64,000 nucleotides of DNA from Thermoplasmata archaeon (lineage in GTDB: Archaea > Thermoplasmatota > Thermoplasmata > Lutacidiplasmatales > UBA184), in the NCBI GenBank assembly GCA_021816865.1, contig JAKAWX010000001.1:252739-316738 (forward strand). The letters run 5' to 3'. Shown here in pieces: positions 16,313 to 25,807 of this stretch. Numbering within the stretch: the stretch's first letter is position 1; every line of letters starts with the position of its first letter. The position numbers and the translations under genes were made by a program. The notes under the pieces were generated by a model, which saw only the letters and a program-made list of their open reading frames with translations, did not search any database and was not told the origin of the DNA.

Positions 16313-17413
16313 TTACCACCTCGGTTCGAGCGAGACCTTCGCGGCCTGCTGGCTCTGGATGAGCTCCATCGCGCGGGGGAGCTCGGCGATCGGGACCCGA
16401 TGCGTGATGATCTGCGCCATCTTGGCCCGGAGGTCGGGCCGGGTCAGGAGCCCTTTCACCTGGTACCAGGTCTCGAACATCCGCCGGCCGAAGATCCCCT
16501 GGACCTTGGCGGCCTTGAAGATGACCGCGTCATCGAAGTTGATCGCGGTCGGCCGGTCGAAGAGTCCGAGAAGCGAGACGCGGCCCCCGGGCGTCAGCGC
16601 GTCGAAGAGGAGCTGGAGGGACGTCGGATGGCCCGACATTTCGACCGCGACGTCGACCCCGTTCCCGTCGGTCTCGTCGACGATCGTCTTCGCGAGCCCG
16701 GGGCCGTCCTCCACCGGATTGAAGACGCGGTCGGCGCCCATTTGGCGCGCGAGGGCGATCCGGACCGGGCTCACCTCCGTCGCGAAGATCCGATGCGCGC
16801 CCAGGACGCGCGCGACCGCGATCGCGAGCAGGCCGACCGGACCGCACCCGGTGACGAGGACGTTCTTTCCCGCCAGGTCTTCGAGGTTCTCCTCCGGGAG
16901 CAGGGAGTGGACCGCGTTGCCGAGCGGCTCCTGGATCGACGCGAGCGACGGGTCGAGGTCGGGGTCGTTCTTCCACGCGTTCATCTCCGGAAGGATCGCG
17001 TACTCGGCGAAGACCCCGTTGCGGTCGACCCCCAGGACCTCGACGTGCTCGCAGATGTGCATCTTGCCTCGCCGGCACTGGTAGCAGGTGCCGTCGGCGA
17101 TGTGGGTCTCCGCGGAGACGTGATCCCCCACCGCGACGCTCCGGACGGACCGACCCACCTTCAGGACCTCGCCGCTCACCTCGTGTCCGATCGTCATCGG
17201 GACCGTGCGGATGCGGGATTGGGCCCATTCGTTCCACAGCCAGATATGCACGTCCGTGCCGCAGACGGAGGCCGCCCGGACGCGGACGAGCACTTCGTTC
17301 TCGCCCGGCGTCGGGTCGGGGACGCTCCGAATCTCGCCGCCCGGCCCCCGCGTCGCCTTCACGTATGCCTTCACGAGCGATGCGCCTCGGCCCGTCGAGG
17401 GGAAGGGGGGCAT
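16313..17413 (-). CDS. tdh: L-threonine 3-dehydrogenase (Zn-dependent MDR family)
   Basis: VLVRVRAASVCGTDVHIWLWNEWAQSRI, GHEVSGEV, GCGPVGLLAIAVA. An alternative GTG start at 17374 (VKAYVKA...) would give a more typical length. Confidence 0.85.
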   Translation of the reverse strand: MPPFPSTGRGASLVKAYVKATRGPGGEIRSVPDPTPGENEVLVRVRAASVCGTDVHIWLWNEWAQSRIRTVPMTIGHEVSGEVLKVGRSVRSVAVGDHVSAETHIADGTCYQCRRGKMHICEHVEVLGVDRNGVFAEYAILPEMNAWKNDPDLDPSLASIQEPLGNAVHSLLPEENLEDLAGKNVLVTGCGPVGLLAIAVARVLGAHRIFATEVSPVRIALARQMGADRVFNPVEDGPGLAKTIVDETDGNGVDVAVEMSGHPTSLQLLFDALTPGGRVSLLGLFDRPTAINFDDAVIFKAAKVQGIFGRRMFETWYQVKGLLTRPDLRAKMAQIITHRVPIAELPRAMELIQSQQAAKVSLEPRW

Positions 17414-17560
17414 AAAGGTGCGGGCGTCATGGGACAGATGACCCCCGCCCGCGGACCAGGCTCTGCTCTACGCGCGCGTCCGAGACCGACGTGCGTTCGA
17501 TCGGATTCCTCGAGGGAAAACGAGGCCGGACGGAAGGCTCCGGCGGGTCGCGCGCGAGCG

Positions 17561-17570
17561 CTTATATAGG
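17561..17570 (+). promoter_or_regulatory. TATA box of ribosomal protein super-operon
   Basis: CTTATATAGG island ~53 nt upstream of rpl3 ATG. A GGAGGT SD-like element at 17595-17600 lies between them. Confidence 0.55.
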
Positions 17571-17618
17571 GCACCCATCTCCCCCGTCCCCACCGGAGGT
17601 AGGACCCCCTATCGACCC

Positions 17619-18617
17619 ATGGCCCGTCATCGTCCGAGGCGAGGTTCGCTCGCCTATTCGCCCCGTTCCCGGTCGGTCCGGCCGGTCCCCCGGATCCGCT
17701 CTTGGCCGGCCGGCCCGAAGCAGCCCACGATCGAGGGATTCGCCGGGTTCAAGGTCGGCATGACGCACGCCTTCATCGTGGATTACCGGAAGCGGTCGAC
17801 GACGGCCGGTCAGGAGGTCTCGGTCCCGGTCACGGTCGTGGAGGTCCCCCCGATCCGCGTGGCGGGAGCGCGCCTGTATGCCCGCAACCCCTACGGGCTG
17901 CGGGTCGTCGCGGAGGTTTGGGCGGCCGGTTCTCCGGCCGAGCTCGAGCGTCAGATCCCGACCCATCCCGCGAGCCTCCCCGATGATCTCGAGAGATTCG
18001 CCCGGGCCGACGGCGACGAGGTCCGACTGATCGTTCACACCCAACCCCAGTTCGTGACCGGCACCGGCTCCAAAACGCCCCGCATCTTCGAGCTCCGGGT
18101 CTCGGGAGAGAAGTTCGACGAGCGCCGCCAGTTCGCGCTCCAGCAGCTCGGACGCGAGCTCCCTGCGGACCAGCTGGCGCGGGAAGGGGAGTTCGTCGAC
18201 GTGGTCGGGGTCACGAAAGGGTTCGGGTTCCAGGGGCACATCCAGCGCTGGGGCGTCAAGCTCCAGCCGCGCAAGAACTCGAAGCACCGCCGCATGATCG
18301 GAACGCTCGGCCCGCACAATCCGAGCTTCGTTTCTTACCGGATCCCCCAGGCCGGCCAGCAGGGGTACCATCGCCGGACCCAGTTCAACATGCGGGTCCT
18401 CAAGATCGTCCCCGACCCGAGGGCGGACCCGATCACGCCGTCGGGCGGGTTCCCGCACTACGGCGAGGTCCGCAGCGCCTGCATCGTCCTCCACGGGTCG
18501 CTTCCGGGGCCTGCGAAGCGCCTGCTGAGGTTCCGTTCGCCGATCCGCAGCCGTGTCGCGACCGTCGAGAAGGTCGACCTCCGGTACTTCAGTACCCGGT
18601 CGAAGCAGGGAGCATGA
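17619..18617 (+). CDS. rpl3: 50S ribosomal protein uL3
   Basis: MARHRPRRGSLAYSPR...FAGFKVGMTH...GFQGHIQRWG. First gene of the canonical archaeal S10-like cluster. Confidence 0.95.
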   Translation: MARHRPRRGSLAYSPRSRSVRPVPRIRSWPAGPKQPTIEGFAGFKVGMTHAFIVDYRKRSTTAGQEVSVPVTVVEVPPIRVAGARLYARNPYGLRVVAEVWAAGSPAELERQIPTHPASLPDDLERFARADGDEVRLIVHTQPQFVTGTGSKTPRIFELRVSGEKFDERRQFALQQLGRELPADQLAREGEFVDVVGVTKGFGFQGHIQRWGVKLQPRKNSKHRRMIGTLGPHNPSFVSYRIPQAGQQGYHRRTQFNMRVLKIVPDPRADPITPSGGFPHYGEVRSACIVLHGSLPGPAKRLLRFRSPIRSRVATVEKVDLRYFSTRSKQGA

Positions 18618-19450
18618 CGTCGACCCCCGCTCCGAAGGACGCCCCGCCCGTGGCCGAGGGGCACACCCCCCACCACCGGGTCCACCTCCTCGGGCTGGAC
18701 GGGAAGCAGACCGCGATCGTTGCCCTTCCGCTCGCGTTCTCCCAGCCCGTCCGACCGGACCTGATCCACCGGGCGGTCGTGGCGTCCCAGTCGAACCGCC
18801 GCCAACCGTATGGCACCAGCCCTACCGCCGGCCTTCGCCACTCGGTCGAGTGGTCCGGTAAGGGTCGCGGCGTCGCGCGGACGCCCCGCTTGATGGAATC
18901 GATGCGTGGGGCTCAGTCCCCCAACACGGTCGGCGGCCGGCCGGCGCACCCGCCCCGGGTCGACCGGATCTGGACGAAGAAGATCAATCGCAAGGAGCGC
19001 CGGCTCGCGTTCGCCTCGGCGCTCGCCGCGACGCGCGAGTCGAAGCTCGCCACCGCCCGGGGCCACGCGGTACCGCACGGCCTCCACCTGCCGGTCGTCC
19101 TCGACGACGGGGCCGAGGAGATCTCCTCCGCGGCCGACGCGCGCGTCCTTCTCGAGCACCTCAAGCTGTGGCCGGACATCGAGCGCGCCCGGAACGCGAC
19201 CCACCTCCACCGGTCGGGACGCGCCCGGCGACGCGGTCGGGTCCGTCGGACGCCGAGGAGCCTTTTGTTCGTCACGAGCGCCCCGAACAAGGCACTCGGG
19301 TTCCGCAACCTCGCGGGGGTCGAGATCGTCTCCGCCGGGCGGCTCGACACCGAGGACCTTGCCCCCGGGGGCACGGCCGGCCGTCTCACGCTCTTCTCCC
19401 GCGGCGCGGTCGAGTCGCTGCGCTCCCGACTCGGGGAGGCGGCCCCGTGA
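18614..19450 (+). CDS. rpl4: 50S ribosomal protein uL4
   Basis: Operon position plus RPDLIHRAVVASQSNRRQPYG and GRGVARTPR motifs. ATGA overlap with rpl3. Confidence 0.93.
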   Translation: MTSTPAPKDAPPVAEGHTPHHRVHLLGLDGKQTAIVALPLAFSQPVRPDLIHRAVVASQSNRRQPYGTSPTAGLRHSVEWSGKGRGVARTPRLMESMRGAQSPNTVGGRPAHPPRVDRIWTKKINRKERRLAFASALAATRESKLATARGHAVPHGLHLPVVLDDGAEEISSAADARVLLEHLKLWPDIERARNATHLHRSGRARRRGRVRRTPRSLLFVTSAPNKALGFRNLAGVEIVSAGRLDTEDLAPGGTAGRLTLFSRGAVESLRSRLGEAAP

Positions 19451-19713
19451 CGCCCTCGCTCCGGCACCGCATCATCCTTCATGCCTACGTGACCGAGAAG
19501 TCGATGGACGAGATGGAGCGGCAGAACAAGCTCGAGTTCGTCGTCGACCACCGGGCGACGCGGGCGCAGATCAAGTCCGCCGTCGAAGGGCTCTACCAGT
19601 GCAAGGTCCAGAAGATCACGACGAAGATCGTCCGCTCGGGAAAGATCGCCACCGTTCGCCTCGCGAAGGAGTTCTCGGCGGAGGACATCGGTAGCCGCGC
19701 CGGGGTGTTCTGA
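19447..19713 (+). CDS. rpl23: 50S ribosomal protein uL23
   Basis: ILHAYVTEKSMDEMERQNKLEFVVDHRATRAQIKSAVEGLY. GTGA overlap with rpl4. This is the 3' part of track ORF 19168..19713. Confidence 0.9.
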   Translation: MTPSLRHRIILHAYVTEKSMDEMERQNKLEFVVDHRATRAQIKSAVEGLYQCKVQKITTKIVRSGKIATVRLAKEFSAEDIGSRAGVF

Positions 19714-20438
19714 TGGGAAAACGCATCATCTCCCGGCGCCGCGGAAGCGGGACCGGCACGTATCGGTCCCCGAGCCACCGACACCACGGACCGATCTACC
19801 ACCCCGCCCCCAGTGTGGTCGGGGAGGGGAAGGTCGTCTCGATCGACCCGGCCCCGGGCCGCACCGCCCCGGTCGCCGAGATCGTCGTGTCCGACGGGAC
19901 GACGATCCGCACGCTCGCCGCGGCGGGGCTCGCGACCGGCGACTCGGTGGCGTTCCAGGAAGGCAAGGTCGACCGGGGGTCGATCCTCCCGCTCGCCCAC
20001 ATCCCCGACGGAACGCTCGTCTCGAACGTCGAGGTCAAGCCGTTCGACGGGGGTCGGCTCGTCCGCTCGGCCGGAACGAGCGCGCTCGTGGTCGCGCACA
20101 CGGGGACCGAGGTCACGATCCAGCTCCCTTCGGGGACGTTCAAGCAGTTCCTCGCAACCTGCCGGGCGCAGGTCGGCGCCGTCGGAGGCAGCGGCCGCAA
20201 GGAGCGCCCGATCGTCAAGGCCGGCAAGAAGGTCTGGTCGACGCGCTCCCTCGCGCGCGCCGCCTTCCACGTGCGCGGCGTCGCGATGAACCCCGTGAAC
20301 CACCCGTTCGGCGGCGGAGCCCACCAGCACGTCGGCCGTCCGAGCACCGTCTCGAGCGGAACGTGGCCCGGCGCGAAGGTCGGGCGATTCTCGCGCTCGA
20401 ACCGCAAGAAGCGCATGAAGCGGCGAGGGGGTGCCTGA
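19713..20438 (+). CDS. rpl2: 50S ribosomal protein uL2
   Basis: MGKRIISRRRGSG..., VRGVAMNPVNHPFGGG. TGATG 1-nt overlap with rpl23. Confidence 0.95.
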   Translation: MGKRIISRRRGSGTGTYRSPSHRHHGPIYHPAPSVVGEGKVVSIDPAPGRTAPVAEIVVSDGTTIRTLAAAGLATGDSVAFQEGKVDRGSILPLAHIPDGTLVSNVEVKPFDGGRLVRSAGTSALVVAHTGTEVTIQLPSGTFKQFLATCRAQVGAVGGSGRKERPIVKAGKKVWSTRSLARAAFHVRGVAMNPVNHPFGGGAHQHVGRPSTVSSGTWPGAKVGRFSRSNRKKRMKRRGGA

Positions 20439-20440
20439 CG

Positions 20441-20866
20441 ATGGCGAAGGCACGGAAGGCGAAGAAGGTCGAGGCCCGCCGGAAGCGGGAGTTCACCTAC
20501 CGGGGCCGCACCCTCCCCGAGCTGCAGGCAATGAGCCTCGAGGAGCTCGCCAAGATCCTCTCCTCCCGTGCCCGCCGGTCGATCCGGCGCGGGTTCAACG
20601 TCGAGACCACGCAGTTCTTCGAGCGCCTCGCGACGACCCCGACGGAGAAGGTCCTGCGGACCCACTGCCGGGACGCGCTCATCCTGCCCCAGCACGTCGG
20701 TCGCCGGGTGGCGGTCCACAACGGCCGGGCGTTCAGCGAGGTCGAGGTCCGCGCCGAGATGATCGGCCACTACTACGGCGAGTTCGCGCTGACCCGCAAG
20801 TTCGAGAAGCACTCGGGGCCGGGCGTCGGCGCTACGCGCTCGTCGAAGTTCATGCCGCTCAAGTGA
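20441..20866 (+). CDS. rps19: 30S ribosomal protein uS19
   Basis: KREFTYRGRTLPELQAMSLEEL..., VAVHNGRAF..VEV..EMIGHYYGEF. ATG 20441 lies within track ORF 20363..20866. Confidence 0.93.
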   Translation: MAKARKAKKVEARRKREFTYRGRTLPELQAMSLEELAKILSSRARRSIRRGFNVETTQFFERLATTPTEKVLRTHCRDALILPQHVGRRVAVHNGRAFSEVEVRAEMIGHYYGEFALTRKFEKHSGPGVGATRSSKFMPLK

Positions 20867-20879
20867 GGGGGGCCGGTCG

Positions 20880-21338
20880 ATGCGGGGATACACCTATCGG
20901 GACGAGCCGGGCGTGAACGTCGCCCGCGCCCGGGGCATCGAGATCCCGATGTCCCCGAAGAAGACCTACGAGATCCTCAATGCGATCCGAGGGCTCCCGG
21001 TCGACCGGGCGCGCACGATCCTCGAGGAGGCGATCGCCCTCCGACGGGCCATCCCGTTCCGTCGGTACAATCAGGAGACCGCGCACCACCGCGGCACGGG
21101 CCCGGGTCGGTTTGCCATCAAGGTCGCGAAGAACGTCCTCGCGGTCCTCGAGAACGCGGAAGAGAACGCGGAGTACGAGGGCTTGGACGCCGACCGCCTC
21201 TTCGTCAAGGTCGCCGCGAGCGCGCGGGGCCGCATCCGGCCGGCGTCGATGCCCCGCGCCCACGGACGGGCCACGGAGTGGAACGAGCAGACGACGAACG
21301 TCGAGATCGTCCTCGCCGAGCGTGCGGAGGCCGCATGA
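20880..21338 (+). CDS. rpl22: 50S ribosomal protein uL22
   Basis: Operon position. SPKKTYEILNAIRGLPVDRARTILE and IPFRRYN motifs. Confidence 0.93.
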   Translation: MRGYTYRDEPGVNVARARGIEIPMSPKKTYEILNAIRGLPVDRARTILEEAIALRRAIPFRRYNQETAHHRGTGPGRFAIKVAKNVLAVLENAEENAEYEGLDADRLFVKVAASARGRIRPASMPRAHGRATEWNEQTTNVEIVLAERAEAA

Positions 21339-22021
21339 GCGCCGAGCGCAAGGTCATCCAGGAACAGATGCGGCGCGTCCTCCTCAAGGACTACCTTGTC
21401 CAGGAGAGCGCCCGGGCCGGCTTCGGGGGCCTCGAGATCACCCGGACGCCGATGGGCACTCGGGTCACGCTCGTCTGCGAACGACCCGGGATCCTGATCG
21501 GCCACCGGGGCGAGCTCATCAAGCGGCTCACCCAGGACATCCACGAACGCTTCCAGCTCGACAACCCCCAGATCGAGGTCCAGGAGGAGCGCCAGCCGAG
21601 CCTGAACGCGCAGCTGATGAGCGAGAAGCTCGCCTCCACGCTGGAACGAGGCTGGCACTTCCGGCGCGCGGGCCACTCGACCGTCCGTCGGATCATGGAG
21701 GCCGGCGCACGCGGGTGTCAGGTGATCCTCTCGGGGAAGCTCACCGGGGAACGCCACCGCACGGAGCGGTTCAAGGCCGGCACGATCAAGTACTGCGGCG
21801 AAGCGGTCCACCTCTGGATCGACAAGGGATTCTACCAGGCCCGGCTCAAGCCCGGGGTCATCGGCGTCAACGTCTGGATCATGCGCCCCTCGGCAAAGCT
21901 CCCGGACGAGATCGTCGTGAAGGGCGTCGAGAGCCGTCCCAAGGTCCCGGTGATCGAACTTCCACCGGTCGAGGAAGGACCGGTCCCCACGGAGCCGGTC
22001 ATCGCCCCGGAGGCTCCGTGA
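21335..22021 (+). CDS. rps3: 30S ribosomal protein uS3
   Basis: AGFGGLEITRTPMGTRVTLVCERPGILIGHRGELIKRL (KH domain). ATGA overlap with rpl22. Confidence 0.95.
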   Translation: MSAERKVIQEQMRRVLLKDYLVQESARAGFGGLEITRTPMGTRVTLVCERPGILIGHRGELIKRLTQDIHERFQLDNPQIEVQEERQPSLNAQLMSEKLASTLERGWHFRRAGHSTVRRIMEAGARGCQVILSGKLTGERHRTERFKAGTIKYCGEAVHLWIDKGFYQARLKPGVIGVNVWIMRPSAKLPDEIVVKGVESRPKVPVIELPPVEEGPVPTEPVIAPEAP

Positions 22022-22242
22022 CGCTCCTCCGGATGAAGGACCTGCGGGCCCTCACCGAGGACGAGCTCCACCGCCGCATCTCCGAAGCCGAGAACGACCT
22101 TCTGCGCGAGCGTGGGGTCGCGGCGATGGGCGGCGCGCCGCCGAGCCCGGGCCGTATGCGGGCGCTCCGCACGAACGTCGCCCGTGCCCTCACGGTCCTG
22201 AGCGAACGCTCGCTCCTTGCCCAGGAGGGCCGCCGTCGATAG
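22018..22242 (+). CDS. rpl29: 50S ribosomal protein uL29
   Basis: MKDLRALTEDELHRRISEAENDLLRER. GTG 22018 overlaps the rps3 stop, and ATG 22033 is an alternative start. Confidence 0.88.
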   Translation: MTLLRMKDLRALTEDELHRRISEAENDLLRERGVAAMGGAPPSPGRMRALRTNVARALTVLSERSLLAQEGRRR

Positions 22243-22261
22243 GGGGCGCCGAGGTGAGCCG

Positions 22262-22585
22262 ATGCCGAAGAGAACCAACGCCGTCAACTCCCTCTCCCGC
22301 GTCGAGCGCGAAGGGCTCGCCGGGGAGCTGGTCGGCGCGTCGATCGTCGTCACGTCGTCCCCGGGGCTCTACGCCCCGATCACCGGGACGATCGTCGACG
22401 AGTCGCTCGCGACCTTCTCGGTGCGGCTCCCCGGACGGGCCCGGGTCCGCGTGCTGCCGAAGGCCGGCCTCGAGGGCCGGATCGCCCTGCCTTTGGGAGA
22501 GTTACCGTTAAGAGGCGACGCCCTTCGCGTGCGTCCCGAGGACCGCACGAAGCGTCTGCTCGCCGGTCCCCGGAGGTTACGATGA
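22262..22585 (+). CDS. rnp1: RNase P protein component 1 (Rpp29/Pop4)
   Basis: Canonical slot between L29 and S17. [36 protein letters not shown] fits the Rpp29 Sm-like core. GAGGTGA SD lies before ATG 22262. Confidence 0.85.
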   Translation: MPKRTNAVNSLSRVEREGLAGELVGASIVVTSSPGLYAPITGTIVDESLATFSVRLPGRARVRVLPKAGLEGRIALPLGELPLRGDALRVRPEDRTKRLLAGPRRLR

Positions 22586-23007
22586 GTCCCACCCGTCCGT
22601 CCGCGAATCGCCGGGCCCGGGACATCGGTCTCGACGTTCGGGCCCCGAAGACGCGGTGCGACGACGCCCACTGCCCGTTCCACGGCCACCTGTCACTGCG
22701 CGGCCAGGTGATCGAAGGAACCGTCGTCTCGACCTCGATGCAACGGACCGCGGTCGTCGAGCGCACGCTCCTTCACTACGTCCCCAAGTACGAACGCTAC
22801 GAGAAGCGGCGCCGTCGCTACCTCGTTCACGCGCCGCCGTGCCTGGGAGTACCGGTCGGCCACCGCGTACGGATCGCCGAGACCCGACCGCTCTCGAAGT
22901 TCGTCTCGTTCTGCATCGTCGAACTCCTCGGCGAGGCCGGGTTCAAGGCCCGCGGCGAGGAAGAGCCCGCCCGTGCGAAGGACGACGCGCCGGAGGCGTC
23001 CGCATGA
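22582..23007 (+). CDS. rps17: 30S ribosomal protein uS17
   Basis: [40 protein letters not shown] overlap. Acidic C-terminal tail. Confidence 0.93.
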   Translation: MSPTRPSANRRARDIGLDVRAPKTRCDDAHCPFHGHLSLRGQVIEGTVVSTSMQRTAVVERTLLHYVPKYERYEKRRRRYLVHAPPCLGVPVGHRVRIAETRPLSKFVSFCIVELLGEAGFKARGEEEPARAKDDAPEASA

Positions 23008-23402
23008 AGGGGCTCGCGGGCCGGCGGGGGCGAGGGCTTCCGAAGGGCGCCCGGCTCGACTGCGTCGACAACACCGGCGCGAAGGTCGTCGAGATCATCG
23101 CCGTTCGCAACTGGCACGGAACCCATCGGCGCTATCCGCGCGCCGGTATCGCGGACCTCGTGATCGTGTCGGTGAAGAAGGGGACCCCCGAAATGCGCCG
23201 GCAGGTGCTCCACGCCGTCATTGTGCGCGCCCGCGCCCCGATGCGCCGGCCCGACGGCACCCGACTGCAGTTCGAGGACAACGCCGCGGTCATCACGACC
23301 GAGACCGGCGAGATCAAAGGCTCCCAGATCAAAGGCCCGGTGGCGAAGGAGGCCGCCGAGCGGTGGCCCCGCATCGCCGCGGCGTCGTCGATCATCCTCT
23401 AG
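23004..23402 (+). CDS. rpl14: 50S ribosomal protein uL14
   Basis: [17 protein letters not shown]..., [12 protein letters not shown] overlap with rps17. Confidence 0.95.
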   Translation: MKGLAGRRGRGLPKGARLDCVDNTGAKVVEIIAVRNWHGTHRRYPRAGIADLVIVSVKKGTPEMRRQVLHAVIVRARAPMRRPDGTRLQFEDNAAVITTETGEIKGSQIKGPVAKEAAERWPRIAAASSIIL

Positions 23403-23413
23403 GAGGAGGCGTC

Positions 23414-23983
23414 GTGCGAGATTCTCCCCGGTCCCCGAGGCGGCAGCGGAAGGCCCTCTACACGGCCGACACGTTCGAACGCCGACGGCGCATGGCCGTC
23501 CCGCTCTCCCGCGAGCTGCGGGGTCGCTTCCACCGCCGCGCCGTCCCCGTCCGCAAGGGCGACACGGTGCGCGTGCTGTCGGGAAGCTTCGTGGGACGGG
23601 AGGAGCGCGTCGCCCGCGTCGATCGGCGCACCTACTCCCTTACGCTCGACAACGTCACGTTGAAGGCCGCGGACGAGAAGATGAAGCCCCTCCCGATCCG
23701 CCCGGCGCACCTCGTGATCACCCGGCTCAACCTCTCCGACCCCTGGCGCCGCCGTGCGCTCAAGGTCCGGGACGAGGACGTCAGCGCGGAGGAGCGCGGA
23801 GTGGCTCCCGAGCCGGAGACCGTGCCCCCCGAGGTCGCGACCGAGGCTCCGGCGCCCGAGCCGGAGGAGGAGGTCGCGAAGGAGGAGGGATCCCCCGCGA
23901 CCGAGCCGACACCTCCCCCCGCGCCCCGGAACCGCCGGCGGGCCAAGGCCACCCCGGCGACCTCGGAGGAGGAGACCCCGTGA
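23414..23983 (+). CDS. rpl24: 50S ribosomal protein uL24 with long acidic/Pro-rich C-terminal tail
   Basis: KOW region RRAVPVRKGDTVRVLSGSFVGREERV. GGAGGAGG SD lies before GTG 23414. About 70 extra C-terminal residues. Confidence 0.9.
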   Translation: MRDSPRSPRRQRKALYTADTFERRRRMAVPLSRELRGRFHRRAVPVRKGDTVRVLSGSFVGREERVARVDRRTYSLTLDNVTLKAADEKMKPLPIRPAHLVITRLNLSDPWRRRALKVRDEDVSAEERGVAPEPETVPPEVATEAPAPEPEEEVAKEEGSPATEPTPPPAPRNRRRAKATPATSEEETP

Positions 23984-24696
23984 CGTTCCGCCTGAAGCGC
24001 CGCGCGGCCCCGCGCACCTGGACGATCCCCCGCAAGGGAACGAAGTGGCTGAAGCGCCCGGGGCCCGGTCCGCACGCCCAGGACCAGTCGATGCCGCTCC
24101 TACTCGTCCTGAGGGACGTCCGAAAGATCGTCGCGAGCGCGCGCGAGGCCCGGGTGCTCCTTCGTTCGGGCGCGGTCAAGGTCGACGGCAAGGTCGCGAA
24201 AGACCTCGATCGCGGCATCGGGCTCATGGACACGGTCACGTTCGCGCCTCCCCTCGACACGCACTATCGGATGGTCAAGAACCGCCGCGGGAAGCTCGCG
24301 CTCGTCCCGATCCCGTCGGGCGAGGCGGCCACGAAGCTCGGCCGGGTCCGCTTCAAGCACACGACCCGGGGCGGGAAGCTCGAGGTCACGCTCCACGACG
24401 GGCGCAACCTCCTCGTGCCCGCCACCAGCCCGTACCGCGTCGGCGACTCGCTCAAGCTGAGCGTCCCCGACCAGAAGGTCGTCGAGCACCTCAAGCTCGC
24501 GCCCGGAGCGCTCGCCTTCGTATCGGGAGGGACGCACGTCGGCGAGATCGCGCGCGTCGAGCGGGTCGAGGTCCGGAATTCCTCCCAGCCGAACCTGGTC
24601 CACTTCAAGGAAGGGTTCTCGACGATCAAGGAGTACGTCTTCGTGGTCGGCGGGACCGCCCCCGAGGTCACGATCAGCGAGGGGGTCGACCGATGA
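23980..24696 (+). CDS. rps4e: 30S ribosomal protein S4e
   Basis: LKRRAAPRTWTIPRKGTKW..., DGKVAKDLDRGIGLMDTV. GTGA overlap with rpl24. Confidence 0.93.
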   Translation: MTFRLKRRAAPRTWTIPRKGTKWLKRPGPGPHAQDQSMPLLLVLRDVRKIVASAREARVLLRSGAVKVDGKVAKDLDRGIGLMDTVTFAPPLDTHYRMVKNRRGKLALVPIPSGEAATKLGRVRFKHTTRGGKLEVTLHDGRNLLVPATSPYRVGDSLKLSVPDQKVVEHLKLAPGALAFVSGGTHVGEIARVERVEVRNSSQPNLVHFKEGFSTIKEYVFVVGGTAPEVTISEGVDR

Positions 24697-25253
24697 GCGC
24701 TCCCCCCGCCGCGCTCCCCTCCGCGCCGGCCGCCTCCGAGACGGCGAACCCCCTGCGCACCGTCCGCGTGATCAAGGTCGTCGTTAACGCCGGGGTCGGG
24801 GAGTCCGGCGAGGCGCGGACGAAGGCGGCCCGCGTGCTCCAGATGGTCACCCATCAGAAGCCGGTCGCGACCCGCGCGCGCTCGACGAACCGGGACTTCG
24901 GGATCCGCAAGGGCCAAGAGATCGGGGCGAAGGTCACGCTCCGCGGCTCCCCCGCCCTCGACTTCCTCACCCGCGCGTTCGACGCCCGGGACAAGCAGCT
25001 CGATACCGATTCGATCGACCGGAACGGCAACTTCTCGTTCGGGATCGGGGACTACACCGACTTCTCGGGAATGAAGTACGACCCCCAGATCGGGATCCAC
25101 GGCATGGACATCGCGGTCGAGATGGGCCGCGCCGGATTCCGGATCCGCCAGCGCCGCGTCTGCTCCCGACCGCTCCCGAAGTCGCTCCGGTCGACGCGGG
25201 ACGACACACGGACGTTTCTCCAGCGGGTGCTGGGCGTCACGCTCCTGGAGTGA
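24693..25253 (+). CDS. rpl5: 50S ribosomal protein uL5
   Basis: [21 protein letters not shown]..., [17 protein letters not shown] overlap with rps4e. Confidence 0.93.
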   Translation: MSAPPAALPSAPAASETANPLRTVRVIKVVVNAGVGESGEARTKAARVLQMVTHQKPVATRARSTNRDFGIRKGQEIGAKVTLRGSPALDFLTRAFDARDKQLDTDSIDRNGNFSFGIGDYTDFSGMKYDPQIGIHGMDIAVEMGRAGFRIRQRRVCSRPLPKSLRSTRDDTRTFLQRVLGVTLLE

Positions 25254-25257
25254 GCCG

Positions 25258-25404
25258 ATGAAACCGAAGAAGCTGTTCGGACGGAAGGTCGGCTGCCTGC
25301 GCTGCGACCGCAAGCGCGGGATCGTCCGGCGGTACGGCCTCCATCTCTGCCGGCAGTGCTTCCGCGAGGTCGCGACGGACCTCGGGTTCCGCAAGTACCA
25401 GTGA
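25258..25404 (+). CDS. rps14: 30S ribosomal protein uS14 (short zinc type)
   Basis: Hand-translated 48-aa [51 protein letters not shown]. It is below the ORF-track size cutoff. Canonical slot between L5 and S8. Confidence 0.9.
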   Translation: MKPKKLFGRKVGCLRCDRKRGIVRRYGLHLCRQCFREVATDLGFRKYQ

Positions 25405-25417
25405 AACGGGGACGACG

Positions 25418-25807
25418 ATGCAACAGGACCTTCTCAACGACGCTCTCGTCACCCTCCGCCACGCCGACCGCGACGGCCGTCCGCACGCCGAGATCGCACC
25501 GACCTCGAAGCTGATCGCCGAGGTGCTGCGTCTCTTTCGCGAGCACCGCTACATCGAGGAGTTCACGTTCGTGCCCACGGGCCGGGGCGGAAAATACGAC
25601 GTGACGCTCTCCCGGCGGATCAACGCGTGCGGGGTCATCAAGCCCCGGATCTCCGTCTCGCACGAATCGCTCGAACGGTACGAGTCCCGTTACCTTCCCG
25701 CGCAGGACTTCGGCATCCTGGTCCTCTCCACGAACCGTGGCCTGCTCTCGCACCAAAAGGCGCGCGAGATGAAGATCGGAGGTCGGCTGCTCGCCTATGT
25801 CTACTGA
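25418..25807 (+). CDS. rps8: 30S ribosomal protein uS8
   Basis: DLLNDALVTLRHADRDG..., GILVLSTNRGLLSHQKAREMKIGG. Confidence 0.93.
   Translation: MQQDLLNDALVTLRHADRDGRPHAEIAPTSKLIAEVLRLFREHRYIEEFTFVPTGRGGKYDVTLSRRINACGVIKPRISVSHESLERYESRYLPAQDFGILVLSTNRGLLSHQKAREMKIGGRLLAYVY

Noticed and set aside
17414-17618. Possible C/D-box sRNA in the tdh/rpl3 divergent spacer (CAGATGAC at ~17441)
   Set aside because: The candidate C box is imperfect (no UGAUGA), no CUGA D box lies at a suitable distance, and no terminal stem is present. The spacer is adequately explained by promoters and the rpl3 5' UTR.
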